64,000 nt of DNA from Chloroflexota bacterium (GTDB lineage: Bacteria > Chloroflexota > Limnocylindria > Limnocylindrales > CSP1-4), in the NCBI GenBank assembly GCA_037446495.1, contig JBBIIL010000004.1, forward strand, positions 11,916 to 75,915, given 5' to 3'. The stretch's first letter is position 1. Each line of letters opens with the position of its first letter. Both the position numbers and the translations under genes were made by a program. The notes under the pieces are model-generated. The model searched no databases. It had not been told where the DNA came from and saw only the letters and a program-made list of their open reading frames with translations. Of the stretch, positions 53,346 through 62,985 are shown piece after piece.

Positions 53346-54560
53346 CTACGCCTCGCCGCGGAACTCACGCCAGGCGGCGGCGACCGTCGCCGGGCTCAGA
53401 AGCAGGTCGAGCGCGGTCTGCGCCACGAGCGTCGCCGCCGTCAGCACGGTCCGGTCAGCCCGCGGCGAGGCCGCCGCCTCGCGGAACTCGATGGTGTGGC
53501 CCGGCACGGGCGTGTCGGAGATCGACAGCTCCGGGTGGATCGCCGGCACGGCCCAGGAGACGTTGGCCATGTCCGTCGAGCCCGACGTCGGGTCCAGGCC
53601 CATGTCCTCGATGCCTCGCGCCGAAGCGTTCGCGACCCACAGGCCGGCCAGCACGCGGTTGTGCTTCATCGTGCTGGCGTAGCCGCTGTACTCGACGGCC
53701 ACCTCCACGTCGGCCGCCTTCGAAGCAGCCTCACAGAGGGCCGTGAAGCGGCGCTTCATGACCTCGTAGTACGCCTGGTCCGCCGAGCGGACCATGAACC
53801 AGGCCTTCGTTCGGCTCGGGATGACGTTCGCCGCCGTGCCGCCCTCGGAGATGATGCCGTGGACGCGGCAATGCGTGGGCAGCTGCTGGCGCCAGAGCCC
53901 CACGCTCACGAACAGCGCGATCATCGCGTCGAGCGCGTTCCGTCCCATCCACGGGTCCGAGGCCGCGTGCGCGGCGAAGCCGGTGAAGGTGACCACCACG
54001 TCCTCGCTCGCCAGCGGCGCCGTCTCGACGTGGTTGCGGTCGCAGGGGTGGTACAGCAGCGCGGCGTCCACGCCCTCGAACAGACCGTCCTGCAGCATGA
54101 TCGCCTTGCCGCTGCCCCGCTCCTCCGCCGGGGTGCCGAGGAACACCACCTCGCCGGCCCAGGCGTCGCGCACGGCCGCCAGCCCCACCGCCGCGCCCAC
54201 GCCTGACGCCGCCATGGTGTTGTGGCCGCAGCCGTGGCCGAGGCCCGGCAGGGCGTCGTACTCGGCCAGGATCGCGATCCGCGGGCCGTTCGGGCCCTTG
54301 CCGCCGACGAGGCGCCCGCGCACGGCGGTCTCGAGGCTGCCGGCCGGCCGCTCCACGGCGAACCCGTGGCGCTCGACGATCTCCGCGCAGGCCCGTGCGG
54401 CGTAGCGCTCCTCGAACGCGGGCTCGGGGTTGAAGTGGATCCGGTGGGAGAGGTCCAGGAGCTCAGCGCTGGCCGCGTCAATGGCCGCGGCGACCCGCGC
54501 CTTGACGTCTGCGAATGGCGCAGCAGGGGTGAACGACGTGAGCGGGGCCGGGTTGGACAC
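53346..54560 (-). CDS. M20D-family amidohydrolase
   Basis: 404 aa from GTG 54560 (AGGAGG 9 nt upstream), with EYDALPGLGHGCGHN and FLGTPAEE. Confidence 0.85.
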   Translation of the reverse strand: MSNPAPLTSFTPAAPFADVKARVAAAIDAASAELLDLSHRIHFNPEPAFEERYAARACAEIVERHGFAVERPAGSLETAVRGRLVGGKGPNGPRIAILAEYDALPGLGHGCGHNTMAASGVGAAVGLAAVRDAWAGEVVFLGTPAEERGSGKAIMLQDGLFEGVDAALLYHPCDRNHVETAPLASEDVVVTFTGFAAHAASDPWMGRNALDAMIALFVSVGLWRQQLPTHCRVHGIISEGGTAANVIPSRTKAWFMVRSADQAYYEVMKRRFTALCEAASKAADVEVAVEYSGYASTMKHNRVLAGLWVANASARGIEDMGLDPTSGSTDMANVSWAVPAIHPELSISDTPVPGHTIEFREAAASPRADRTVLTAATLVAQTALDLLLSPATVAAAWREFRGEA

Positions 54561-54573
54561 GGGCTGAGGCCTC

Positions 54574-54948
54574 CTAGCGCTCGGCGGAGAGGGTGATCTC
54601 CGCCACGAGGAAGATGGCGGCGAGGAACAGGACGATCGGGAATTGGTAGGCGTTGACGAGGCGCAGCACCACCAGCACGGCGCTGAACAGGCCGAGCCAC
54701 GCGCCACGGCGGAGGGCGCGGAACCAGTCCCCGTTGTACGCGATGCGCCCGTGGCGGGCGAAGACGACGAGCCAGGCGAGCGGCGCGCAGGTGAGACCCA
54801 CCGCGAGGCCGATCAGCAGGGCGCCGCTGTAGCCTGCCACCGCGTCCGCATAGGGGTCCCGCGTCGTGACGAGCATGCCGACCAGCACCCATACGACGGC
54901 TGCCGCGCCGAGCAGGCCGAGGTTCGAGAGGCGGTCGCGGGTCTCCAC
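54574..54948 (-). CDS. Small integral membrane protein (about 4 TM helices), function unknown
   Basis: 124 aa with GTG start and four hydrophobic segments (LGLLGAAAVVWVLVGMLV, ALLIGLAVGLTCAPLAWLVVF, ...). Its stop lies inside the SD region of the next gene. Confidence 0.6.
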   Translation of the reverse strand: METRDRLSNLGLLGAAAVVWVLVGMLVTTRDPYADAVAGYSGALLIGLAVGLTCAPLAWLVVFARHGRIAYNGDWFRALRRGAWLGLFSAVLVVLRLVNAYQFPIVLFLAAIFLVAEITLSAER

Positions 54949-55280
54949 GCCACCGAGTGTACGGGCCGTGCTGCCCCGTCGCGCTCGGGTTGCGGTAGGC
55001 CGGAGGGCCCCACGGCCCGCTGGAGCGTATGACCGGCTGGCCAGTCGCCGGGTCGAGGACCGGGCGATCGCCCAGCGGCCTGGCCAGGGTCGCCGTGGCC
55101 GTCCGATGAGCGCCGGCGAGTGAGCAGGCGACAGGCAGCAGCGTGACGGTCGGGTGGCGCCAGACGAGCACGGTCACGGCGAGGTCGCTCTCGACGGCAT
55201 CTGCGGTGTAGTCCTCGCCGCAGGCTCCGCGCCTGCCTCCACACGCGCGCAACCCAGCGTGGCCGCCGTCCGGCCCCAGG

Positions 55281-56093
55281 TCAAGGGTCGGCGGGGGTCT
55301 CCTCGCGGTCTCGGCTGAGGCGCTCCACGACGGCGGCCACCTCGTCGAGCGAGTCGACCTGCGCGTCCGCCTCGACCGTCGCGTCGCGCTCACTGCCGGG
55401 GAGCGGCGAATCGTCGGGGCGGTTCGCCATCCAGGCCGCCCGCCACCCGACGCGCTTGGCGCCCTCGATGTCGGCCGCCCAGTCGTCGCCGATGTGGAGA
55501 ATGCGGTCGGCCGGCGGATCGCCCAACGCCGCCCGGGCCGCCGCGAAGATCGCCGGGTGCGGCTTGATGGCCCCCACGCGCTGGCTCACGACGATCGCGC
55601 TGAGGTGCGGCGCCCAGCCGGCGGCCTCGCAATAGCGGTCGATCGTCGCCGCGAGCGGCCAGTTGGACAGCACGGCAACGCGCCGGTCACGCGCCAGCCG
55701 CTCGATCAGCGCACCCGAGCCGGGCGCCGCCGGCAGCGCCTCCACGAACGCACGGGAGTAGCGGTCCGCCGCCCATGCCGCCTCACTCGGGTCGCTCAGG
55801 CGCGCGGCTGCCGCATCGTCCCAGCGCTCGTGCTCCGCCGGGGCGGCCAGCCCCCGGAGCCGAGCGAGGATGCGGACGATGCGCTGCGCCATGTCCACCT
55901 CGCGGAACTGCGGCACCTCCTCGCGGAACTGCCGCTCGCGCTCCTCCTGCCAAACCTCGAGCACCCGGTCCACCTCAAACGGGCCGAGGCGCTGGGCCAT
56001 GCCGCGCGCGGCCACCTCCACCACGCCGCGGAGCGAGGCGGCTGGCACGGGCACGAGCGTGTTGCCGAAGTCGAGCGTGACCGCCTCGATCAC
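55281..56093 (-). CDS. HAD-superfamily hydrolase
   Basis: Motif I is TLDFGNTLV, motif II is VLSN, and motifs III/IV read IKPHP...HIGDDWAADIEGAKRVG. GTG 56093 overlaps the methyltransferase stop (GTGA). Confidence 0.8.
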   Translation of the reverse strand: MIEAVTLDFGNTLVPVPAASLRGVVEVAARGMAQRLGPFEVDRVLEVWQEERERQFREEVPQFREVDMAQRIVRILARLRGLAAPAEHERWDDAAAARLSDPSEAAWAADRYSRAFVEALPAAPGSGALIERLARDRRVAVLSNWPLAATIDRYCEAAGWAPHLSAIVVSQRVGAIKPHPAIFAAARAALGDPPADRILHIGDDWAADIEGAKRVGWRAAWMANRPDDSPLPGSERDATVEADAQVDSLDEVAAVVERLSRDREETPADP

Positions 56094-56977
56094 GGGGCCT
56101 TCCCCTCCTCCTCGGCCACACGACGTCGGGCGATCTCCACGGCTGCCGGGTTCCGGTCCGCCAGCAGCCACCGACGACCGAGCCGGGCTGCGGCGACGCC
56201 CGTGGTCCCGCTGCCCGCGTACGGGTCCAGGACCAGGTCGCCGGGCCGGCTCGAGGCGGCGACGATCCGCTCGAGCAGCTTCACCGGCTTCTGCGTCGGG
56301 TAGCCCGTCCGCTCCTTCGACCCCGGCGGCACGATCGTCATCCACCACACGTCGGTGGGCAGCTTGCCGCGGGCGGCCTTCTCCGGCCCAACGAGGCCGG
56401 GCGTCATGTACGGGATGCGGTCGATGGCGTCACGGTCGAACAGCCACTCGTCGCCCTTGGCGTACCACAGGATCGTGTCGTGCTTGCGGGGCCACCGTTC
56501 GCGCGAGCGGCCCCCGTAGTCGTAGGCCCAGACGATCTCGTTGAGGAACCGCTCGGGCCCGAACACCTCGTCGAGCATGAGGCGCGCGTGGTGGACGATG
56601 CGCCAGTCCACGTGGAGGTACAGCGAGCCGTGCGGCGCGAGGACCCGGTGGACCTCGCGCACCCTCGCCCGCAGGGCTGAGAGGTGCTGGTCCAGCGGGA
56701 GCGCGTCGTCGTACGCGAGGTCGCTCGTGACCTCGTACCTGGTGGGCTCGCCGTGAAACCCCGGGCGCTCGCGCTCCCCTGCCCCGAGCCGGATGGCCTG
56801 GAGGCGGCGCGGGGCGCCCGTGGCGAACGGCGGGTCCGCGTACGCCAGGTCCACGGAGCCGTCGGGCAGCGCGGCCAGGAGCTCGAGGTTGTCCGCCTCG
56901 ACGACCGCGCCCCGCCCGCGTCCGGTCACGACGGCGTCGACCGCCGCCAGCGTCGCCCGGTCCAGCCCGCCCGCCAT
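56090..56977 (-). CDS. Beta-class DNA methyltransferase (N6-adenine or N4-cytosine), no cognate endonuclease evident
   Basis: The catalytic motif IV (LAYADPPF) is near the N-terminus and SAM motif I (LVLDPYAGSGTTGVAA) near the C-terminus, which is the beta permutation. The ATG shares one nt with the helicase-nuclease stop (TGATG). Confidence 0.82.
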   Translation of the reverse strand: MAGGLDRATLAAVDAVVTGRGRGAVVEADNLELLAALPDGSVDLAYADPPFATGAPRRLQAIRLGAGERERPGFHGEPTRYEVTSDLAYDDALPLDQHLSALRARVREVHRVLAPHGSLYLHVDWRIVHHARLMLDEVFGPERFLNEIVWAYDYGGRSRERWPRKHDTILWYAKGDEWLFDRDAIDRIPYMTPGLVGPEKAARGKLPTDVWWMTIVPPGSKERTGYPTQKPVKLLERIVAASSRPGDLVLDPYAGSGTTGVAAARLGRRWLLADRNPAAVEIARRRVAEEEGKAP

Positions 56978-59900
56978 CAGCGTGCCGCGCTCGAGGGGCA
57001 GATCGCCCGATACGCGCAGAAGCCGCAGGCGACGTAGTCCGGCTTCGGCCCGAACTCGCGGGCCCGGATGCCCGTTGCCGCGCCCCGCACCGCCTGGCGC
57101 GCCTTGTCGATTCGCTTGCGCTCCACGGCTGCCACTCCGACCAGGCCCGTCTCGAGGAAGTGCAGCGCCACCTCGTCAGGCAGCCGACCCGTCATCGCCT
57201 CGTACGCCATCGCGTAGATGGACAGCTGGAGCGAGTTCCTCGCCCGCTCTCGCGCCTTCACGGGGTCCCTGACGTCCGAGGACTTGTAGTCCGTGATCAC
57301 GACATACTCGGGAGCGAGGCCCAGCGTGGGCTCCACCACGTCGGCGGCTGGAGCGCCATCGTCACTCGCGGGCCACGCGCCGGACGCTCGCGGCGCGATG
57401 TCCACACGGTCGAACCGCCCGCGCACGCGGTCCCCGTCGAGCAGGAACGAGAAGTCGCGCTCGACATAGGCCGGGACCACGGCGCCGGGACGCAGCTGCT
57501 CCTCACGGAAGCGGCGGAGCGCGTCGCGGCCCGAGGCCAGGCGCGCCTCCTCGTGCTCGCGCGAGAGGAACCCCTCACTGTTCCATGCCGCCTGGAAGGC
57601 CGCGTACAGGGCGACCTCGCTCATGACGTTCGCGCGGGCGTGACGCTTGTGGAACTCCGACACCGCCGCATGCAGCGCGGCGCCGTAGACGATCGAGTGG
57701 TGCGGCGCGAGGGGGACCCGCAGCAAGTGGGCGAACTTGTACTTGAGCGGGCAGGTCAGATAGTCGTCGACAGCGTAGAAGGAGAGCGTGAGCGGCTCGT
57801 CCTCGCGGAACGGCACCGCCGCCGGCGCAGCCTCGGTCCGCTCGAGGCTGGCCATCCGGTCGAGCGGGTGCTGGGCCTTCGCGCCCGTGCCCACCGTCCC
57901 GGCCGCAACCGGCAGGTCGAGCGCCTCGAGCAGGAACGGTGAGACGCGCCGCGCCCGCGCCCCGCCGTAGTCCGCTGCATGGGTCAGCACCAGCTCGTCC
58001 CGCGCCCGGGTCATGCCCACGTAGAACAGGCGGCGCTCCTCCTGAAGCTGGTAGTCGCCGTCCGGAAGCGTCTCGTCCACCAGTTCCACCGGCAGGGCGA
58101 GCGGCTCACGGCGTGCCGTTGCCGGGAAGCGCCCCGCGACGAGGCCCGGCAGGTAGACCACGGGGAACTCGAGGCCCTTCGCCTTGTGGACCGTCATGAC
58201 CGCGACCGCGTCCGCGTCCGGGTCGATGTCCGCGGTGGCGGGATCGTCACCGGCGGCGATCAGCGTCTGGAGATGGGGCGCCAGGAAGATCGCCCGGTCG
58301 TCGGCCAGGAGCGCCGACTGGGCCCGAATGATGTCGAAGAACCGGGCGAGGTTGGACAGCGCCTCCTCCGCGGCCACGGTGCCCGCCGCGGCCAGCCGCT
58401 TGAGCCAGCCCGTCTCGCGCAGGAAGCCATAGGCGACCTCGCCCGCCGGACGCTCGTGCGCGAGCGCGACGAATCGCCCCAGGTCCGCGACCAGCTTCGC
58501 ACCCGCGGTCCGAGTCTGGGGCGCCAGGCGCAGGATCCCCGGCTGACCGCCCAGCTCCTCGAGCACCTCGAGGACCGATCGGTTGCGGCGCCGCGCCATC
58601 TGGACGATTCCCGCGAGGTCCTCGCCGCCGAGGCCGTAGAGCTCCGAGGCCGCCAGCGCGTACACGTCCACCGAGGAGCCGGGGTCCGCGACCGCTCGGA
58701 GGAACGCGAGCAGGAGCTTCACCTCGGGCCTCGCGTACAGGCCGCTGGTCCCCGAGAACCGCCATGGGATCCCCTCGAGGTTGAGCGAGCGAAGCACCGG
58801 GTCCGCGGTCGCGTTGGCGCGCACCAGCACGGCCATGTCTCGGGCGTGCGACCCGGCGGCCATCCGCCGACCGATGTCCTTCGCGATCCAGTCCGCCTCC
58901 TCGGTCCCGGTGGCGAACGCCTCATGGCGGACCGGCGCCGCCTTGCCCTTGCGCGTCGCGACGAGCCGCTTGACGATGCCGGCCCGAACCTCGAGCCGGT
59001 CCGGGTCGTTGTGGCGGACGAGGCGGTACGACGCGTCCAGGATCGGAGCGCGCGAGCGGTAGTTGCGCCGCAGCACGACCACCTTGGCGTTGCGGTACCG
59101 CTCGCGGAACTCGAGGATGTTGCTGATGGCGGCGCCCCGGAACTTGTAGATGGACTGATCGTCGTCACCCACCACCGTCACGTTGCGGTGCGGCTGGGCG
59201 AGCAGCGCCACGAGCTCCGACTGCGCCCGGTTGGTGTCCTGGAACTCGTCCACGAGCACGTACTTGAAGCGCCCCTGCACCGCCGCGCGCGCGGACGGCG
59301 ACTCGCGCAGCAGCCGCAGCGCCAGGCTCACCTGGTCGCCGAAGTCCACGGACCCGTGCCCGGCGAGCAGGCGCTGGTACGTGCCGTAGGCGCGGGCCAG
59401 CTCCAGCCGCCGCCGCGCCTCCTCCACTTGGCCCTGCGCCGCCTCGCGGTCCGGCGGTTGCCCTGACTCGGCCGCCTCCATCGCCGCGTCCGCGGCCTCG
59501 GCCAGTGCCTCCGCGTGGCTGAGGAACGCCTCTGGCGACACGTCCTCGTCCTTCGCCCGGCTGAACAGCGTCGCCAGGGCGTCCAGGAACTTGGTCGGAT
59601 CACCGAGCGGGCGGTATTCCTCCAGCCCCAGCTCGAACACCCGCTCCCGCAGGAACACCACCGTCTCCGGCCGGCTCAGGACCCGCAGGTCCGTGGGCAG
59701 CCCCAGCTCCAGCGCGAACTCGCGCAGCAGCCGGTCCCCGAAGGCGTGGAACGTAGAGATGGCCGTGTCCGTGTAGCCGTACGGGACCAGCTGGTCCACG
59801 CGCGTCTGCATCTCGTCCGCCGCCTGGTCCGTGAACGTGAGCGCGAGGATCTCCGACGGCTTGGCGCGGCGTGTGGCGATCAGCCAGGCGATGCGCCGCG

Positions 59901-60135
59901 TGATGACCTGGGTCTTGCCGGTGCCGGCTCCCGCGACGACGAGCAGCGGCCCGTCCCCGTGCGTGACCGCTCGCAGCTGCTCCCGGTTGAGGCCGGCGAG
60001 CAGGGCCGACAGGCCGTCAGCGCCGGGTCCGTCCCCGGGCCCCGGAGACGATGACGGGACCGCAGCCGGGGATGCGCCCCAGACGGGGATCTGGACCAGG
60101 CCAGCGGCATCGCCGCGGCGGGCGCGCCGGGTCAT
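56977..60135 (-). CDS. UvrD/PcrA-type helicase fused to a C-terminal PD-(D/E)XK Cas4/AddB-like nuclease with a Cys cluster
   Basis: Helicase motifs are AGAGTGKTQV, VLVDEFQDTN, VGDDDQSIYKFRGA, RNYRS and TVHKAKGLEF. The nuclease has ITDYKS and four Cys (LTCP...CGFCAYRAIC). Start ATG 60135 is uncertain and GTG 60168 is an alternative. The track start at 60660 overlaps the DUF4446 gene. Confidence 0.85.
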   Translation of the reverse strand: MTRRARRGDAAGLVQIPVWGASPAAVPSSSPGPGDGPGADGLSALLAGLNREQLRAVTHGDGPLLVVAGAGTGKTQVITRRIAWLIATRRAKPSEILALTFTDQAADEMQTRVDQLVPYGYTDTAISTFHAFGDRLLREFALELGLPTDLRVLSRPETVVFLRERVFELGLEEYRPLGDPTKFLDALATLFSRAKDEDVSPEAFLSHAEALAEAADAAMEAAESGQPPDREAAQGQVEEARRRLELARAYGTYQRLLAGHGSVDFGDQVSLALRLLRESPSARAAVQGRFKYVLVDEFQDTNRAQSELVALLAQPHRNVTVVGDDDQSIYKFRGAAISNILEFRERYRNAKVVVLRRNYRSRAPILDASYRLVRHNDPDRLEVRAGIVKRLVATRKGKAAPVRHEAFATGTEEADWIAKDIGRRMAAGSHARDMAVLVRANATADPVLRSLNLEGIPWRFSGTSGLYARPEVKLLLAFLRAVADPGSSVDVYALAASELYGLGGEDLAGIVQMARRRNRSVLEVLEELGGQPGILRLAPQTRTAGAKLVADLGRFVALAHERPAGEVAYGFLRETGWLKRLAAAGTVAAEEALSNLARFFDIIRAQSALLADDRAIFLAPHLQTLIAAGDDPATADIDPDADAVAVMTVHKAKGLEFPVVYLPGLVAGRFPATARREPLALPVELVDETLPDGDYQLQEERRLFYVGMTRARDELVLTHAADYGGARARRVSPFLLEALDLPVAAGTVGTGAKAQHPLDRMASLERTEAAPAAVPFREDEPLTLSFYAVDDYLTCPLKYKFAHLLRVPLAPHHSIVYGAALHAAVSEFHKRHARANVMSEVALYAAFQAAWNSEGFLSREHEEARLASGRDALRRFREEQLRPGAVVPAYVERDFSFLLDGDRVRGRFDRVDIAPRASGAWPASDDGAPAADVVEPTLGLAPEYVVITDYKSSDVRDPVKARERARNSLQLSIYAMAYEAMTGRLPDEVALHFLETGLVGVAAVERKRIDKARQAVRGAATGIRAREFGPKPDYVACGFCAYRAICPSSAAR

Positions 60136-60223
60136 CCTGGGCGGTTGGGGTTCACGAAGCTCGACCACGGGGCCACGGTGACGCGGTGCCGTGCCAGCTT
60201 CGGTGTCACGGCCGTGGGATCGC

Positions 60224-60727
60224 TCAGGAGGGCTTGGCGCCCGGCGTGCCCTGGGCCATCGCCCTGCGCAGCGCCTCGGACTCCTCCTCGGACAGCGCGG
60301 CCTCCGAGCGTCCGCCGGTGATCGCCTTGGCGTAGACGCGCGTGTTCTGGCGGGCGTGCAGGCTGCTGACCACGACGCCGTCGCCGTTCGCGTCGAGCAG
60401 CGCCACAGCGAAGCTCTGGTTGCCGCCGGTGTCCTCGAACGGGTTGTAGCGCACCAGGCCCGTGCGCTGGACGGCCTTCCTCTGCACGGTCTCGAGGACC
60501 GAGGCGCGGGAGGTGAGCTGGTCCACGCCCGCGGAGAGCGTCGCCACCTTGTCGAGCGTGGCGTGAAGCGTGGACTCGAGGCTCCGGCCGTCACCTGCGC
60601 TTGTGAGGCCAGCGAGCCGCCCCTCGAGGGCAGCGAGGCGGCGCCACAGAAGCACCGCAATCACGATGAGGGCGACAACGGCAATGGCGAGGGCGGCGGC
60701 AACGAGTCCGCTCGTGGTCGAGTCCAA
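60224..60727 (-). CDS. DUF4446-family protein
   Basis: 167 aa with an N-terminal TM helix, a coiled coil and the conserved GLVRYNPFEDTGGNQSFAVALLD segment. The TTG start is preceded by GGAGGAAGCC. Confidence 0.7.
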   Translation of the reverse strand: MDSTTSGLVAAALAIAVVALIVIAVLLWRRLAALEGRLAGLTSAGDGRSLESTLHATLDKVATLSAGVDQLTSRASVLETVQRKAVQRTGLVRYNPFEDTGGNQSFAVALLDANGDGVVVSSLHARQNTRVYAKAITGGRSEAALSEEESEALRRAMAQGTPGAKPS

Positions 60728-60853
60728 GGCTTCCTCCGGTCAGGCCCGCCGAGTCTACCAGCGGGACGCCGGGACGCGGACCCGGTGTATCCTTCCCGGC
60801 CGACGGTCCCGCGCCCGCGGGAGCCGGCTCACGAGGAGGCAGCGGACCCCAGC

Positions 60854-61249
60854 ATGGCGAAGCGAGCGCGCGGCAGCGTCCGTCCCGGCCAGCGCCGACC
60901 CATCGATCGTCGGCCCGCCGCCGCGTCGGCGGTCAGCGCCGCCGCGACCGCCGCGCCCGCCCCGCCCCGCTCGCTCGGCCTGACCGAGGCCGAGGAGGCG
61001 CGCGCCGCCGAGCTGGAGCAGCAGCTTCTGGCCCAGGAGCGCCAGGCCGAGACCGCCCGCTCCCGCTCGAAGGAGCGAACGACGCGCGAGGTCTACGCCG
61101 GCGGCAGCTCGCTCGCGGTCCGCGCCGAGGAGGAGTACGCCTACGTCGCTCGTGACGTGCGCCAGATCGCCCAGATGGCGGTCCTCATGCTCGCGATCCT
61201 GCTCGGTCTCTGGGCGCTGATCGACGTCCTGCACGTCATCACCATCTGA
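60854..61249 (+). CDS. Tail-anchored small membrane protein with a basic N-terminus, function unknown
   Basis: 131 aa: MAKRARGSVRPGQRRPIDRR..., a helical acidic middle, and a C-terminal TM helix (MAVLMLAILLGLWALIDVL). The remainder of the 352-aa track ORF is the antisense of the neighbouring gene. Confidence 0.55.
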   Translation: MAKRARGSVRPGQRRPIDRRPAAASAVSAAATAAPAPPRSLGLTEAEEARAAELEQQLLAQERQAETARSRSKERTTREVYAGGSSLAVRAEEEYAYVARDVRQIAQMAVLMLAILLGLWALIDVLHVITI

Positions 61250-61349
61250 CGCCTCCGCCGTCCCGCCATCGGGATCGCCGATCCTCGTCGGCCCACCCAC
61301 ACCGTCGCCGATCTGGACGGCGCCGAACCCTGACGTGACCTGCGCCGAC

Positions 61350-61355
61350 TAGACT
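61350..61355 (+). promoter_or_regulatory. Candidate -10 box TAGACT 6 nt upstream of the rarA ATG (leaderless-type)
   Basis: The sequence reads GCCGACTAGACTTGGCCGATG. There is no SD. Confidence 0.35.
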
Positions 61356-61361
61356 TGGCCG

Positions 61362-62879
61362 ATGCCCGCACGTCATCCCGGCGCCCGCCCCGAGGCCCTC
61401 TTCCGCCCGCCCCCCGAGCGCCAGCCGCTAGCTGCCCGCATGCGCCCCCGCACGCTCGACGAGTTCGTGGGCCAGGCGCACCTCGTGGGCGAGCGCGGCC
61501 CGCTCCGCCGCTCCGTCGCGCGCGGGCATCTCGCGTCGATGCTCCTGTGGGGCCCGCCGGGGACGGGCAAGACCAGCCTCGCGCGCCTCCTCGCCGACGC
61601 CGTGGGCGCGGACCTCCGGACGGTCTCCGCGGTCATGTCCGGGGTCGCCGAGGTCCGCTCGACCATCGCGGAGGCGCAGGACCAGCTTGCGCTGAGTGGC
61701 CGCCGCAGCGTCCTGTTCATCGACGAGATCCACCGCTTCAACAAGGCCCAGCAGGATGCCCTGCTGCCCCATGTAGAGGACGGCACGGTCACCCTCATCG
61801 GCGCCACGACCGAGAACCCGTACTTCGAGGTCAACGCGGCGCTCCTCTCGCGGATGCGGGTGTGGCGGCTCGAGCCGCTGACCGACGAGGATGTCGGCGC
61901 CATCGTCCGGCACGCGCTGGCCGACGGCGAGCGCGGCCTGGCCGGACCGCTCGGGCCGAAGGGCGGCGTGGCGCTGGGCGACGAGGCCTTCGAGCACCTC
62001 GTGGACGTGGCCGGCGGCGACGCGCGACAGGCGCTCACGATCCTCGAGGGCGCGATCTCGCTCGCCGAGGACGACGACGCCCGCGACGACGAGGGTCGCG
62101 TCTCCCCCGCCCTCGCCCATGTCGAATCGGCCGCCCAGCAGCGGGTGCTCGCCTACGACCGCGCGGGCGACGGCCACTACGACACGGTGTCGGCGTTCAT
62201 CAAGAGCCTCCGCGGCAACGATCCGGACGCGGCACTCTACTGGCTGGCAGCCATGATCGCGGCCGGCGAGGACCCCAAGTTCGTCGCCCGGCGGCTGATC
62301 ATCTCGGCCTCGGAGGACGTGGGCAATGCCGACCCGCGGGCCCTCCAGGTGGCCGTCGCCGCCGGCGCGGCGCTCGACTACGTCGGCCTCCCCGAGGCGC
62401 AGTACGCCCTGGCGCAGGCTGCCACGTACATCGCGACCGCACCCAAGTCCAACCGCGCCGGGGCGGCGTACTGGCAGGCCGTCGCCGACGTGGTCGACCG
62501 CGGCTCGCTCCCCGTCCCGAACCACCTGCGCAACGCGGCCGACCGGCGCCTGAAGGGCCACGGCATCGGCGTCGGCTACCAGTACCCGCACGACTTCGCG
62601 GGCCACGACGTGGACCAGCAGTACCTGCCGGACCAGCTCAAGGACTGCCGCTACTACCTGCCGACGGACCAGGGCTACGAGCGCACGATCAGCGAGCGGA
62701 TGGCCTGGCGCGAGGGCCAGCGCGAGGAGGCACGGGCGCTGGGCCGTACGCCGCGCAACCCCGTGGCAGGCCCGATGGGCGAGGCCGCCGGCATGGGCGC
62801 CGCCGCCAAGCTGGTTCGCACCCGCGAGGAGAGCCGGCGCAAGCTGGCCGACACAGAGAAGCGCGACGCCGAGGGGTAG
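61362..62879 (+). CDS. rarA: Replication-associated recombination protein A (AAA+ ATPase)
   Basis: 505 aa with Walker A ([12 protein letters not shown]) and Walker B/sensor (LFIDEIHRFNKAQQDALLPHVE). The MgsA C-terminal domain (DAALYWLAAMI) is followed by a tail about 60 aa long. Confidence 0.93.
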   Translation: MPARHPGARPEALFRPPPERQPLAARMRPRTLDEFVGQAHLVGERGPLRRSVARGHLASMLLWGPPGTGKTSLARLLADAVGADLRTVSAVMSGVAEVRSTIAEAQDQLALSGRRSVLFIDEIHRFNKAQQDALLPHVEDGTVTLIGATTENPYFEVNAALLSRMRVWRLEPLTDEDVGAIVRHALADGERGLAGPLGPKGGVALGDEAFEHLVDVAGGDARQALTILEGAISLAEDDDARDDEGRVSPALAHVESAAQQRVLAYDRAGDGHYDTVSAFIKSLRGNDPDAALYWLAAMIAAGEDPKFVARRLIISASEDVGNADPRALQVAVAAGAALDYVGLPEAQYALAQAATYIATAPKSNRAGAAYWQAVADVVDRGSLPVPNHLRNAADRRLKGHGIGVGYQYPHDFAGHDVDQQYLPDQLKDCRYYLPTDQGYERTISERMAWREGQREEARALGRTPRNPVAGPMGEAAGMGAAAKLVRTREESRRKLADTEKRDAEG

Positions 62880-62985
62880 GGCCCCCGATCGACCGCGGAA
62901 CGGCGCCGCGCCCGGCCCATCGGGGGCAGAATGCAACGGCGCCCCACGGCCCTGGCGCCGCGGCGCCACCATCAGGGGAACGTCC

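Noticed and set aside
56090-56977. A classical Type II restriction-modification system.
   Set aside because: No small stand-alone endonuclease gene flanks the methyltransferase. Its neighbours are a helicase-nuclease and a HAD hydrolase, so it is treated as an orphan or non-canonical module instead.
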